Below are positions 39,653 to 50,527 of a stretch of DNA of 64,000 nucleotides, piece after piece. The stretch covers positions 192,001 through 256,000 of the forward strand of contig CAVWLW010000027.1 in NCBI GenBank assembly GCA_963755715.1, read 5' to 3'. Under the pieces are notes generated by a model. The model searched no databases. It was given only the letters and a program-made list of their open reading frames with translations, and was not told the origin of the DNA. A program made the translations under genes and the position numbers. The first letter of the stretch is position 1; each line of letters opens with the position of its first letter. This stretch comes from an uncultured delta proteobacterium (GTDB lineage Bacteria; Desulfobacterota; Binatia; UBA9968).

Positions 39653-41135
39653 ATGACAAGCTCTCAGGTGCCTGAACCCATTGACGAAAGAAATCTGCCG
39701 CGGTCTTATGATGACGTCAGGCAGTGGCTCGATCTCGTCGAATCGATGGGCGAGCTCAAGCGCATCGACGGCGCGGATTGGGATCTGGAGATCGGCACCA
39801 TGGCGGAGCTGATCTACCGCGAGCGCACGGGCACGATCCCGGCGCTGCTGTTCGATCAGATCAAAGGTTATCCCGGAAGGATTTCGCATTCTCTTTGGCC
39901 AGCAAACTTCCTATCGCCGTCTGGCGCTCATGGCCGGCTTGCCGATGGACAGCGTGGGACTGAAGCTCGTCAGCCGATTCAAAGAAAAGCTCAACAAGCT
40001 TCAACCGATTCCGCCGCAAATTGTGAAGACAGGACCGGTCTTTGAAAACACCATGGCCGGCGACGCCATCGACATATTGAAATTTCCCGTGCCGAAAGTT
40101 CATGAGCTCGATGGCGGCCGATTTATCGGCACGGCGTGCATCGCTATCACGCGCGATCCCGAAGAAGGCTGGCTCAATCTCGGCACCTATCGCGCCATGG
40201 TGCATGACGAAAAATCTGTGGGGCTTTTCATGTCGTCCGCCGGCAAGCACGGGCGCATGCACATGGAAAAATATTTCAAGCAGGGCAAACCCTGTCCCGT
40301 TGTCTTGTGCGTCGGCCAAGACCCGCTACTGCTCCTGGCGGCAGGCAATCCCATCGAGCTTGGTTATTCGGAGTACGACTACTGCGGCGGCATCAGAGGC
40401 AGACCTTATGATCTCGTCGAGGGTCAAGTCACCGGCTTGCCTTTTCCGGCCCATGCCGAAATCGCCCTCGAAGGATTTCTCCATCCCGGCGACATCAAAC
40501 CCGACGGACCCTTCGGCGAATGGCTCGGCTACTACGGCACGCGCATGGAAGACACGCCGGTGCTGCGCATCGAGCGCGTCTATTATCGCAACGATCCGAT
40601 CCTCTGCGTCGCGCGGCCGGGCCGCCCGCCGACGGACTACTCGCTCTCCAAAGGAATGATTCGCGCCGCTCAGCTTTGGGATCGCGTTGAGAAAGCCGGC
40701 TTGCCCAACGTCAAAGGCGTGTGGTCGCTCGAATCCGGCATCGGCAGTCTGTTCAACGTGATTTCGATCAAACAAGCCTATCCCGGCCATTCGCGCCAAG
40801 CGCTTTTCCTCGCCTCACAGTCCCTCGGCGGCGCTTACAACGGACGCTTCGTCGTGGTGGTGGACGAAGACATCGACCCGACGAGCGAGTTCGACGTGCT
40901 GTGGGCGATGGCGACGAGATGCGATCCGGATCAAGCCGTGGAAATCATCAGCCGCGCGGCAAGCGGTTCGCTCGACGTGTGCATTCCGCCCGAGAACAAA
41001 GGACATAGCTCGCGCTGCCTGATCGACGCCTGCATGCCGTATGAGCGGCGCCACCAGTTCCCACCGATCGCCGAATCGAGCGAGGAGCTCAAAAACCAAG
41101 TCCGAGCAAAATGGCGCGAGACCATCTATGGATAA
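39653..41135 (+). CDS. UbiD family (prFMN-dependent) decarboxylase (frameshift near 39877)
   Basis: GELKRI..LEIG, PALLFDQIKGYP, DGGRFIGT, NLGTYR, DGPFGEWLGYY, VVVVDEDIDP, WAMATRCDP. Confidence 0.92.
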
Positions 41136-41169
41136 CCAACTTGTTGCTACCAACTCGCCGCAGCAAAAT

Positions 41170-41273
41170 TTCCCCCTTTGGAAAAGGGGGATCAAGGGGG
41201 ATTTTCTTCATGCAGCAAAGTCGCTCGGCAATTCTGAAAATCTCCCCTAGCCCCTCTTTTTCAAAGAGGGGAA
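41170..41273. repeat. Pair of inverted REP-like palindromes
   Basis: TCCCCCTTTggAAAAGGGGGAtcaAGGGGGATTTT ... AAAATCTCCCCTAGCCCCTCTTTttcAAAGAGGGG. Confidence 0.8.
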
Positions 41274-42271
41274 CTTCGGAGGCTGTCGCTCGCCGTCGTT
41301 CAAGAAGTGCAATCAGCAATCTTCTACTGCTAGTGTTGCTGCTCTTCTCTCCGAAATTGCTCCTCGCCCAAGAACCGCTGCGCGCCGGCACCATCTTCAG
41401 CGCCACGCAGGCGCCCCTCTGGGCGGCAAAAGAAGGACGCTACTTCGAGAAATATGGCATCAAGAATCTCGAAGTCATCCAATTCTCCGGCGGCCAACCC
41501 GTCACGCGCGCCTTGATCGGCGGCGACATTCAGATCAGCACCACCGGCGGCGCCGCGGTCGTCAACGCCCGGCTCAAGGGCGCGGACACGGTCATCATCG
41601 CCAGAACCGTCGGCGTGTTTCCCTATACGCTCTATGTCGGCAAAGATATTCGCGATGCCGGTGAATTGAAGGGTAAGAAACTCGCGGTGAGCACGATCGG
41701 CGGCTCAGGTTACGTGGCGATGCAATACGCGCTTAGAAAAATCGGCTTGGATCCGGACAAAGATGTCACCATGTTGCAGATCGGCGACTTTGGCGCGCGC
41801 TTGGCATCGCTCGCCGCCGGAACGGTTCAAGGAACACTGCTGCTTCCGCCGTTCACTTTGCGGGCGCGCGAGCTCGGACTTCGCCCGCTCTACGATTTGG
41901 TCGGCAGCGGCATTCAATATCCGATCAACCAGATCACCGCGCGTCAGTCCTTCATCAAGTCACAGCGCGAAACCGTGAAGAATTTCATGAGGGGATTTGT
42001 CGCCGGTCTGGCTCGCTTTCGCACGGATCGAGAGTTCGGCGCCAGAGTGTTGGGTAAAAATCTGCGGGAAACCGATCCCAAGATTCTTCAGGAGACTTAC
42101 GATTTTTGGCTGAAAGTATTTCCCAGAGTTCCCAACCCAGGCCCCGAAGATGCAACGGTCTTTCTGGAATTCATGCAGATCAAAGAACAGCATGATTGGC
42201 GTGAATTTGTCGACACGAGCGTGATGGACGAATTGGCGCGGGAAGGATTTCTGAGCAGCGTCTATAAATAG
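41210..42271 (+). CDS. ABC substrate-binding protein, NitT/TauT family; start uncertain
   Basis: Hydrophobic signal LLLLVLLLFSPKLLLA-Q; YFEKYGI, ELKGKKLAVS, MDELAREGFL. Confidence 0.83.
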   Translation: MQQSRSAILKISPSPSFSKRGTSEAVARRRSRSAISNLLLLVLLLFSPKLLLAQEPLRAGTIFSATQAPLWAAKEGRYFEKYGIKNLEVIQFSGGQPVTRALIGGDIQISTTGGAAVVNARLKGADTVIIARTVGVFPYTLYVGKDIRDAGELKGKKLAVSTIGGSGYVAMQYALRKIGLDPDKDVTMLQIGDFGARLASLAAGTVQGTLLLPPFTLRARELGLRPLYDLVGSGIQYPINQITARQSFIKSQRETVKNFMRGFVAGLARFRTDREFGARVLGKNLRETDPKILQETYDFWLKVFPRVPNPGPEDATVFLEFMQIKEQHDWREFVDTSVMDELAREGFLSSVYK

Positions 42272-42284
42272 CGAAAGAGGTTTT

Positions 42285-43277
42285 ATGAAGCCCGTCGCAA
42301 GCATCCTGGTAGCCTTGAGCATTCCGCTATTTTTCGGTGCCGGCCGCGCCCAAGACCTCGCCAAAGCCAAGCAAGAAGGACGGATCGTCTTTTACACCTC
42401 GTGGGGACCGAGCGATGCCGACTACGTCGTCAAAGCCTTCGAGAAAAAATATGCGCCGCTCAGAGTCGAAACCGTGCGCGCCAGCAGCGAGCGAACTCTG
42501 ACTCGTCTCTTGAGTGAGCACCGCGCCAATACGTTTCTTGGCGATGTCGTCGCCGTCAGCGGTATTCAGTCAGGAATTCTAAAAGAGAAAGGCTCGCTCG
42601 ACCGTTATCAATCTCCGGAAGCGGCGAATTTTCCCGCCGATTGGCGCGACTCGGATGGATACGGCGTCGGCCTGCACCAAACGATTTATGTCATCGGCTA
42701 CAACTCTCGGCTGGTTTCAGCCGACGCCGTCCCGAGAAGCTACGAAGACCTGCTGCAGCCTCGCTGGAAAGGCCAACTCGGCTGGGACACCGAAGAGTTT
42801 TATCTGTTCGGCGCGCTGATGAAAGTACGCGGCAAAGAAAAAGGCTTGGAGTACTGGCGCCGGCTCGCCGAGCAACAGATCAATTTTCGCAAAGGCTACA
42901 CCCTGATCAGCGAGCTGGTGTCGGCCGGCGAGTTTCCCGCCGCGGTGTCGCTGTATCAGCATCGCGTCGATGAATACATCGAGAAGGGCGCGCCGCTTCA
43001 GTGGGTTGCGCCGAATCCTTTGGTCGGCGGAGATCCCAATAAAATATCGCTGTTAAAGAATGCGCCGCGACCGAACGCGGCCAAACTGTTTATCGACTTC
43101 ATGCTGTCGATGGAAGGCCAAAAGCTGCTGCAGGACAAAGGCCGAAGTCCGGGGAGGATCGGCATGGGCGCGAAAAATCCTCGTCTCAAGGGAGCGAAGG
43201 TTTTCACGTTGCACGTAAATTCCGATGAATACGAACAGCTCGGCAAAGATTTCAACCGGGTTTTCAAACTGCAATAA
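42285..43277 (+). CDS. ABC substrate-binding protein, Fe3+-like family
   Basis: Signal peptide; AKQEGRIVFYTS, GYNSRLV, APRPNAAKLFIDF. Confidence 0.88.
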   Translation: MKPVASILVALSIPLFFGAGRAQDLAKAKQEGRIVFYTSWGPSDADYVVKAFEKKYAPLRVETVRASSERTLTRLLSEHRANTFLGDVVAVSGIQSGILKEKGSLDRYQSPEAANFPADWRDSDGYGVGLHQTIYVIGYNSRLVSADAVPRSYEDLLQPRWKGQLGWDTEEFYLFGALMKVRGKEKGLEYWRRLAEQQINFRKGYTLISELVSAGEFPAAVSLYQHRVDEYIEKGAPLQWVAPNPLVGGDPNKISLLKNAPRPNAAKLFIDFMLSMEGQKLLQDKGRSPGRIGMGAKNPRLKGAKVFTLHVNSDEYEQLGKDFNRVFKLQ

Positions 43278-43278
43278 C

Positions 43279-44233
43279 ATGGCGTTGAAATTGTCCATGA
43301 CCTGCGGTCCTTACGACCGCGCCCGCGCACTGATCGACGGCACGGTGAAACCGCCAGGCATCGATCTCGAGGTTCGCGTCAACAAAAGTCCGGGCCGGCA
43401 TACCAAGATCGACGGCAAGGAATTCGATGCCGCCGAGTTCTATACCGCTACGTACATCGCCGACCTGCACTATAAAACGCTTGGCTACACGGCGATTCCC
43501 ATTTTCGTCAAACGGATGTTTCGCCACTCGTATATCTATATCAACAAGCGCGCGGATATCCGTTCGCCTGGCGATTTGAACGGCAAGCGCATCGGCGTGC
43601 AGAACTGGCTGACGACCACCGCCGTTTGGGCCAGAGGACTGCTCGAAGACGAATACGGCCTCGATCCAAAGTCGGTGACCTGGATAGCCGATCGCGTATC
43701 CGGCGTCGGCGATTGGAAGCCGCCCGCCTGGTTGAAAATAGAGATTGTTCCGAAAGAGCAAAAACAATTTAACTTGCTGGCGAACGGCGTTATCGACGCG
43801 GCGATCACCACGGGAACCTGGGCGCCGAACGTTCACCCCGAAATCGACTTCCTTTTTCCCAACTACGCCGCGCTGGAACGCGATTATTTCAAGCGCACCG
43901 GTTTTTTCCCGATCATGCACACCCTATTGATAAAAACCTCCGTGCTGGAAAAAGATCCGTGGGTCGCTATGAGCATGTACGATGCCTGGCAAGAGTCCAA
44001 AAGAAAATGCTACGAATGGCTTGAATGGCAGCGCGTTCATCAGACGGGACTGTGGTACCGCGCGTTGTGGGAAGAAGAGCAGGCGACCGCGGGTCAGGAT
44101 CCGTACCTCTGGGGATTTCAGGAGCACGCAGCCCGAAGTGGACAAGCTGCTGGAATACTGCCACCGCCAGGGCCTTACGACGCGCAAGTTCGAGCCGGAA
44201 GAAATGTTTCATCCGAGTACTCTGGAGACGTAG
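43279..44233 (+). CDS. 4,5-dihydroxyphthalate decarboxylase-like protein (Pht5 family, periplasmic-binding fold; frameshift near 44120)
   Basis: LKLSMTCGPYDRARALIDGTVKP.GIDL, AIPIF..RMFRHS, DLNGKRIG, TTAVWARG, FPIMH. Confidence 0.8.
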
Positions 44234-44243
44234 CTGAAAAGAC

Positions 44244-44354
44244 AAATCTACCCTAGCCCCTCTTTTTCAAAGAGGGGCATGCTATTGAGCTATCGTCGTC
44301 AAAGGAGCGCATTAAACATCCCCCTTTGGCTAAAGGGGGAAAGAGGGGGATTTT
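44244..44354. repeat. Second pair of inverted REP-like palindromes
   Basis: AAATCTACCCTAGCCCCTCTTTttcAAAGAGGGG ... TCCCCCTTTggctAAAGGGGGAaagAGGGGGATTTT; near-identical units to 41170-41273 in the opposite arrangement. Confidence 0.8.
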
Positions 44355-44386
44355 AGATTTTGTAAAAAGCTGAATCACGAGGAGCT

Positions 44387-45331
44387 ATGCCATTAATCAA
44401 AATTATCTCCACCGGTGGCACCATCGCCAATACTGGCCACGGCCTGATCGGTATCGATGAAGTGCTCAAAGACATCCCGCAAGCGCGGGCTATGGCGGAT
44501 TTCGAAATCATCGAGGCGACGCGCGTAAGAAGTGGTCAAATGCGGCTGGCTCAATGGTTCGACGTCGCCCGTGCCGCTAGCGCCGCGGCGGAAGACCCGC
44601 GCGTCGACGGCATCATCGTCACGCATGGAACCTTTACCACGGAAGAAACCGCTTACTTTCTTCACTTGGTTGTGCGTACCGAGAAGCCGATCGTGGTCGT
44701 CGCATCGCAGCGCAAGCACGACGAAGTCGGCAACGACGGCGATCGCAATATGCTCGACGCGATTCGCTTGGCGCTCTCGCCGGAAGCGCGCGGCAAAGGC
44801 GTTTTGGTCACGCTGCACGAAGAAATTCATTCGGCGCGCGAAGTCGTTAAGACGAACCAGCGTCCAGGCGGATTTCATTCTTTAGGACGCGGCATCCTCG
44901 GCCATATCGAAGATGATCAAGTCAGTTTTTATTACGCGCCGATCCGCCGCCATACATTTCGCTCCGAGTTCGATATCCGCGAGATCCGCGAGTTGCCGCG
45001 CGTCGACGTGATCGCGGCTTATGTCGGCGGCGACGACACCGCGGCGCAGGCCTGTGTGGCCGCCGGAGCCCAAGGACTCGTGATCAGCGGCTATGCCTAC
45101 AACGGCCGTCCCTCCGCTGACCAGCTCGCAGGAATAGAGAAAATCGCTGCATCGGGGGTTCCAGTCGTCTTGTCCAATCGCGGCGGCCAAGGACGGATTC
45201 CTGTGAATTGGGAAGATCCATTCATCCAGGGAGATAGTTTGGTGCCGCACAAAGCGCGCATCCTGCTGATGCTCGGCCTAACGAAAACCAAAGACCCGCG
45301 CGAACTGCAGCGGATGTTCAATGAATATTGA
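44387..45331 (+). CDS. Asparaginase/glutaminase family amidohydrolase (atypical active site)
   Basis: STGGTIA, THGTFTTEETAYFL, KARILLML, LQRMFNEY. Confidence 0.88.
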   Translation: MPLIKIISTGGTIANTGHGLIGIDEVLKDIPQARAMADFEIIEATRVRSGQMRLAQWFDVARAASAAAEDPRVDGIIVTHGTFTTEETAYFLHLVVRTEKPIVVVASQRKHDEVGNDGDRNMLDAIRLALSPEARGKGVLVTLHEEIHSAREVVKTNQRPGGFHSLGRGILGHIEDDQVSFYYAPIRRHTFRSEFDIREIRELPRVDVIAAYVGGDDTAAQACVAAGAQGLVISGYAYNGRPSADQLAGIEKIAASGVPVVLSNRGGQGRIPVNWEDPFIQGDSLVPHKARILLMLGLTKTKDPRELQRMFNEY

Positions 45332-45359
45332 CAGCAGCAGCATGGCCACGATTCCACTA

Positions 45360-45392
45360 TTTTTTAATTTTCAATTTTCCATTTTCCATTAA
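45360..45392. repeat. AT-rich heptamer tandem repeat
   Basis: ttttaat-tttcaat-tttccat-tttccat; related array at 50495-50530. Confidence 0.55.
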
Positions 45393-45397
45393 AATTT

Positions 45398-47381
45398 ATG
45401 ATCACCCGTCTCGTTGTTCAAAGAAGAGAGCCGTTTGCCGACGGCCACGAATTTCCCATCACCGGAGCCTACGAAAAACTCGTCGGCAAAGTTTACGGCG
45501 AGGTCGATCCGAGAAACCGGCTCAATAGAATCATCGTCAATCTCGATAGGGCGCCGCGCAATCGTCGCGGACGAGTCGAGTACCGCAGTGACTTTTTTAT
45601 TTTGAAACCAGCGGACATGGCGCGCGGCAATGGAAAAATATTTCTCGATGCGCCCAACCGCGGCAGCAAACGTCTGCTTAGCTTTCTCAACGATGCGCCG
45701 GCGACGAACGATCCGAGTGCCGTCGCCGATGCCGGTAACGGCTTTCTTATGCGCCAGGGTTACACGATCGTCTGGTGCGGCTGGCAAGGCGATCTAATGC
45801 CGATCAAGAACTGGCTCGTGCTCGACGTTCCGGTCGCGACGAACCGTGGCAAACCGATCGTGAGCAAAGTCCGCACTGAAATCGTGGTCGATGAAAAAAA
45901 TGTCAAATCACAGCCGCTCAGCGCCGACGAGCGGGTGAAAAGCTATGAAGCCGCTTCACGCGGATAAGTCACAAGCAACGCTCACCGTGCGCGAGAAATC
46001 CTACGGCAAAAGAATCCCCGTGCCGGAGACAAACTGGGAATTCGCCGCTTCGTCAAAAGACCCAAGCACCGGTAAAGAAACCATCAAACCAAGCTCCAAA
46101 GATCTTTACCTGCACGAGGGATTCAAACCCGGCCACATCTATGAATTCATCTACCCGGCGAAAAATCCTCTTGTGCTGGGCTTGGGCTTCGCCGTCACGC
46201 GCGATCTGATTTCTTTCCTACGCTACGAATCGAAAGATGCCATCGGCAAACCTAATCCTTTAGCGTCAAGCAAGAAGTCGACCGGCATCGATCACGCTTA
46301 CGCTTGGGGACGCTCGCAGAGTGGGCGTTATCTTCGAGACTTCGTCTATCACGGCTTCAACGAGGACGAATCGCACCGAAAAGTTTTCGACGCCATCGCG
46401 CCCCATGTCGCGGGCGGCGGCCGCCTGTATTTGAACTACGAGTTCGCCCGCCCGGTTACCTCTTCGCAGCAGCACACCAATCAGCTCGATCCCGAGCTCT
46501 TTCCGCACGCTTACAACGTCATCAAAGATGCTCAGACGGGCCGGCGCGATGGAATTCTTAAACGGCCGAGAACCGATCCGCTGGTTTTCCACACGCAAAC
46601 TTCGACGGAGTACTGGCAGAAGCGTGGCTGTCTCGCGCACACCGACGGCAAAGGAAACGATCTGCGCATTCCCAACAACGTGCGCATCTACGTGATCGCC
46701 AGCGCGCAGCACAACAGCCCATTCGGCTCGGAGCCAGTGAAGGACGGCACCCAGCAGCGAATCAATCCGTTGCCGGCGGGCGATGTGCTGCGGGCGTTGA
46801 TGGTTGCGATGGATCTTTGGGTGACTAAGGGCATTTCACCGCCGCCGAGCCGCTACCCGACCGCACGGGATCGCACGCTCGTCTCGCCGAAGCGCAACAA
46901 TTTTCCTAAAATTCCCGACGTGCGCTTCGCGGCGCTGCACAACCGTCAGCTTTTTCTCGACTACGGCCCGCACATTCGCCACGGCAAAATGAAGATCCAT
47001 CCGCCGCAATCGGTCAATAAAGGCGAGTATCATATTCTCGTGCCGAAGGTTGATGAGGACGGGAACGACGTCGCCGGCATTCGCCTGCCGGCTGTCCAAG
47101 TGCCGGTCGGGACGTTTACCGGGTGGAATCTCCGGCCGCGCGGCCTGGCCGAAGGCGAATTGGCGGGCTTGCTTGGGTCCTTTATCCCTTTTGCAAAAAC
47201 AAAGGCGCAACGGCGACGCACCCGCGATCCACGGCCATCCATCCAAGAACGCTACAAAAACCGCGACGACTACGTTCGGCAATTCAGCCGCGCCGCGCGG
47301 CGGCTCGTCGAGCAACGCTACCTATTGGCGGAAGACGCAGAGCGAATGATTGCGGAAGCAAAAAAACGCCGTGTACCGTAA
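45398..47381 (+). CDS. Large alpha/beta-hydrolase-domain protein of unknown function, no signal peptide (frameshift near 45955)
   Basis: NRG, GYTIVWCGWQGD, GLGFAVTRDLISFLR, nucleophile elbow GRSQSGR, VPKVDEDGNDVAGI, DPRPSIQERY. Confidence 0.82.
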
Positions 47382-47411
47382 CCGTAACCGGAAACACGAA
47401 TTGGAGGTTGT

Positions 47412-49428
47412 ATGCTATTCGTCTTCTTGGTCGTAGTCGTCCTACTCCCCATGCCTTCCTTCGCCGAGATTACCAAGATCGTTATCGACAAACGCGAGCC
47501 GTTCGCTGCCGGCCATGAATTCGGCGTCACCGGCGCCTACGAGAAACTCATCGGTAAAGCCTACGGCGAAGTCGATCCCAAAAAACACCACAACAAGAAC
47601 ATCATCAATCTGAAAAACGCGCCACTCAATAACCGAGGTCGAGTCGAATATTCCATGGACATGTTGATCCTCAAACCAATCGACATGCAACGCGGCAATC
47701 AGACAATTTTCTACGACGTCGTGAATCGCGGCAATCAAGCCTTGCGCGTGAACTTCGGCGCCGAGCGCAGCAATAATCCGACAACCCTCGCGCACGCCGG
47801 CGACGGTTTCATGATGCGTCAAGGCTATACCCTGGTGTGGAGCGGTTGGCAGGGCGACGTTCTTCCTGTTGGAGGTCGTCTCACGACAAGCTTTCCAGTG
47901 GCGAAGAATCCGGATGGCAGCCCGATCAAACGCACGATTACCACCGAGTTTGTTTTTCAGAAACCAAGCTTTTCGGTGCCGCTCAGTTTCGACCGGGAAT
48001 CGCTGGACGTGAAGCCCTATCCGGCCGTAGAAGAAAGCATGTCGAAAGCGCGACTTTACCGCCGCGCTGGAACTCACGCGCAGCGCGAGCTCGTCTCCGC
48101 CGATGAGTGGTCGTTCGCGCGTTGCCCGGACGGCAAGACAAAGACCGCAAGCAATGCCGATATTTGCCTGGCGGCCGGCTTTTCGCCGAATTTCATTTAC
48201 GAATTGACCTACGAAGCGCGTGATCCGATAGTCATGGGCTTGGGCTTTGCCGCCACGCGCGATCTGATTTCTTTTCTGCGCTACAACGCGAGCGACGCCA
48301 ATCCTTTGGTCGACAAAGAAATGAAAACGCCCCGTTGGGTCATCGGTTTCGGCTCATCCCAGAGCGGGCGCTTCCTCAAGGATCTTATCTATCAAGGTTT
48401 CAATCAGGACGAAGCCGGCAGGATCGTCTTCGACGGCGCGATTCCGCACATCTCGGCGTCACGCCGGACGTTTACCAATTATGAGTTCGCCATGCCCGGC
48501 CGCTTTTCAACCGGATTGGAAGGTCACTTCATTCCCGGAGATGAGTTTCCCATTTACCTATGAAACCCTCACCGATCCGATCAGCAAGAAAACCGACGGT
48601 TGGCTGATGCGTTGTCGGCAACAGAAAGCTTGTCCCAAGATCATGCATTGGGATTCCGGCACGGAATCTTGGCAAGGGCGAAACTCGCTGGTCGTCGGCG
48701 ATCCGCTGGCAAAAAAAGACGTGCCGATACCGGACAACGTGCGGCTCTATTATTTCTCAAGCACGCAGCACGGTCCGACGGACAAACCCGACCGCGGCAT
48801 GTGTCAGCAACTGACCAATCCGCTTTCTTACATGGAAACTCAGCGCGCCTTGATCGTTGCCTTGCACGCATGGGTCAGCAAAGACGTTCCGCCGCCGCCC
48901 ACGCGCTATCCACGAATTTCCGACGGAACGCTGGTATCGCCGCAGCAGACTGTCCAAGGCTTTCCCAATGTTCCGGGAGTGCGCTATCTTGGCCGACCCA
49001 ACGATCTGTCGATCAATGATGGCACCATTCAGCCGGCCAACCATGTCAAAGGCAAGGAATATCCGCTGCTCGTTCCCAAAGTCGACAAAGACGGCAACGA
49101 GATCGCCGGCGTCCGCGCGGTCGCTCTGCAAGTGCCGCTTGCGACCCATGCCGGATGGAACCTGCGTGCCAAAGGATTTATCGAAGACGAACTTTGCTAT
49201 TTGAACGGCCAGTATATCCCCTTTGCGAAAACCAAGGAGGAACGAGAGAAGACCGGCGACCCGCGCTTGTCCATCGAAGAACGCTACAAAGATCAAGCCG
49301 ACTATGTAGAGCGCATCAGCCACGCCGCGCGTGCGTTGGTAGAGGAAAGATTTTTACTTCAGGAAGACGCGGAGCGGTTAATTGCCGATGCCGCAAAGAA
49401 TAAAATCTTCGCGGAGAAAAATCCTTAG
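47412..49428 (+). CDS. Large alpha/beta-hydrolase-domain protein, secreted paralog (frameshift near 48550)
   Basis: Signal peptide MLFVFLVVVVLLPMPSFA-E; GSSQSGR; collinear with 45398-47381. Confidence 0.82.
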
Positions 49429-49486
49429 CTGTAACGACAGGCGTGAGCGGCGGTAATTGTTTGCGGCGTGGGCCTAGCGCCCACGT

Positions 49487-50527
49487 CTATTTCTGCTCAT
49501 AAAGTTTCTTGATAAAACCGTTTTTGTCCAGCTCGGCGATAAAGCTCGGATCGACAAACTCTTCGGGCTTATGCGCGCGGATGTCCGGCCGGGTTTGCGC
49601 GACATAATCGTAGGTCGGTTCCAGTCCTTTGGTGATCGGATAGGGCGCAGCGATAAAATCCTGCTTGAAAATATTGTACGAGCCTTCCAGAAACTCCGGG
49701 TCGGTGGTTCTTACGTACTTGGTCAGGACTTTCAACGCGAACTCTTTATTTTGTTTGTGAAACGCGATGCCTTCGACGTGGGAACGCACGAACCGCATCA
49801 CGGTATCGCGATCCTCACGAATGGTTTTGCGCCGAGTGACGACCGACGTGGTCGGAAAGGTGATTTCTTTTCTGGCGTCGATCAGCACACGGTAGCCCTT
49901 GCGCTCCGCCTGCACGTCGGCCGGATAGGTAACGTCGGCGCCGTCGATGGCGCCGGTGAGCAACGCCTGGAGTCGCTCGGCGTTGGTGCCGATGGAAAGC
50001 CAGGTAATCTCGCGGTCCGGATTGACGCCGTATTTGCGCAGCGCGTAGCGGAACAAAAAATCGCCGAGCGAGCCGATGCTCGAAGTCGCAATCTTCTTGC
50101 CGCGCAGATCTTCCGGCTTCTTGATCTCCGGCCTTACCAGCAATTTGCTGCTCGCCATCGCTATCGTGTGGGCGACATTGACCAAGTCAGCGCCGTTTAG
50201 ATCCGCGAGCATGACTTGCGGCAGCGCCACCGGCGCCGCGAAGAGGCTGCCGCCGAGCAGCGCCTGCGAACTTTGGCCCGATCCGCGCAGCAAAACGATT
50301 TCGACATCGAGCCCGTTTTTCTCGTAAATCTTCGCATCCTTGGCGATCCAAGGAATCCACATGGCCGCCGACAGCGCAGTCATCCCCCAGTTAATTTTCT
50401 TCAGCGGCCGATCCTGGGCGCGATTCACTGCCGGCAGCAGAAGCAAAGCGATAAATGCGAGCAAAATACATCGCTGTGTCCGGTGCAGAATCATCAAATT
50501 ATCAATTGTCAATTTTCCATTATTCAT
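49487..50527 (-). CDS. ABC substrate-binding protein, NitT/TauT family (true start probably near 50494)
   Basis: Signal peptide; KIYEKNGLDV, EDLRGKKIA, VDPSFIAELDKNGFIKKLY. Confidence 0.87.
   Translation of the reverse strand: MNNGKLTIDNLMILHRTQRCILLAFIALLLLPAVNRAQDRPLKKINWGMTALSAAMWIPWIAKDAKIYEKNGLDVEIVLLRGSGQSSQALLGGSLFAAPVALPQVMLADLNGADLVNVAHTIAMASSKLLVRPEIKKPEDLRGKKIATSSIGSLGDFLFRYALRKYGVNPDREITWLSIGTNAERLQALLTGAIDGADVTYPADVQAERKGYRVLIDARKEITFPTTSVVTRRKTIREDRDTVMRFVRSHVEGIAFHKQNKEFALKVLTKYVRTTDPEFLEGSYNIFKQDFIAAPYPITKGLEPTYDYVAQTRPDIRAHKPEEFVDPSFIAELDKNGFIKKLYEQK

Noticed and set aside
26399-44233. Complete phthalate degradation pathway
   Set aside because: Only family-level similarity; reductase, dihydrodiol dehydrogenase and protocatechuate dioxygenase are missing from the window, so gene symbols were not assigned.
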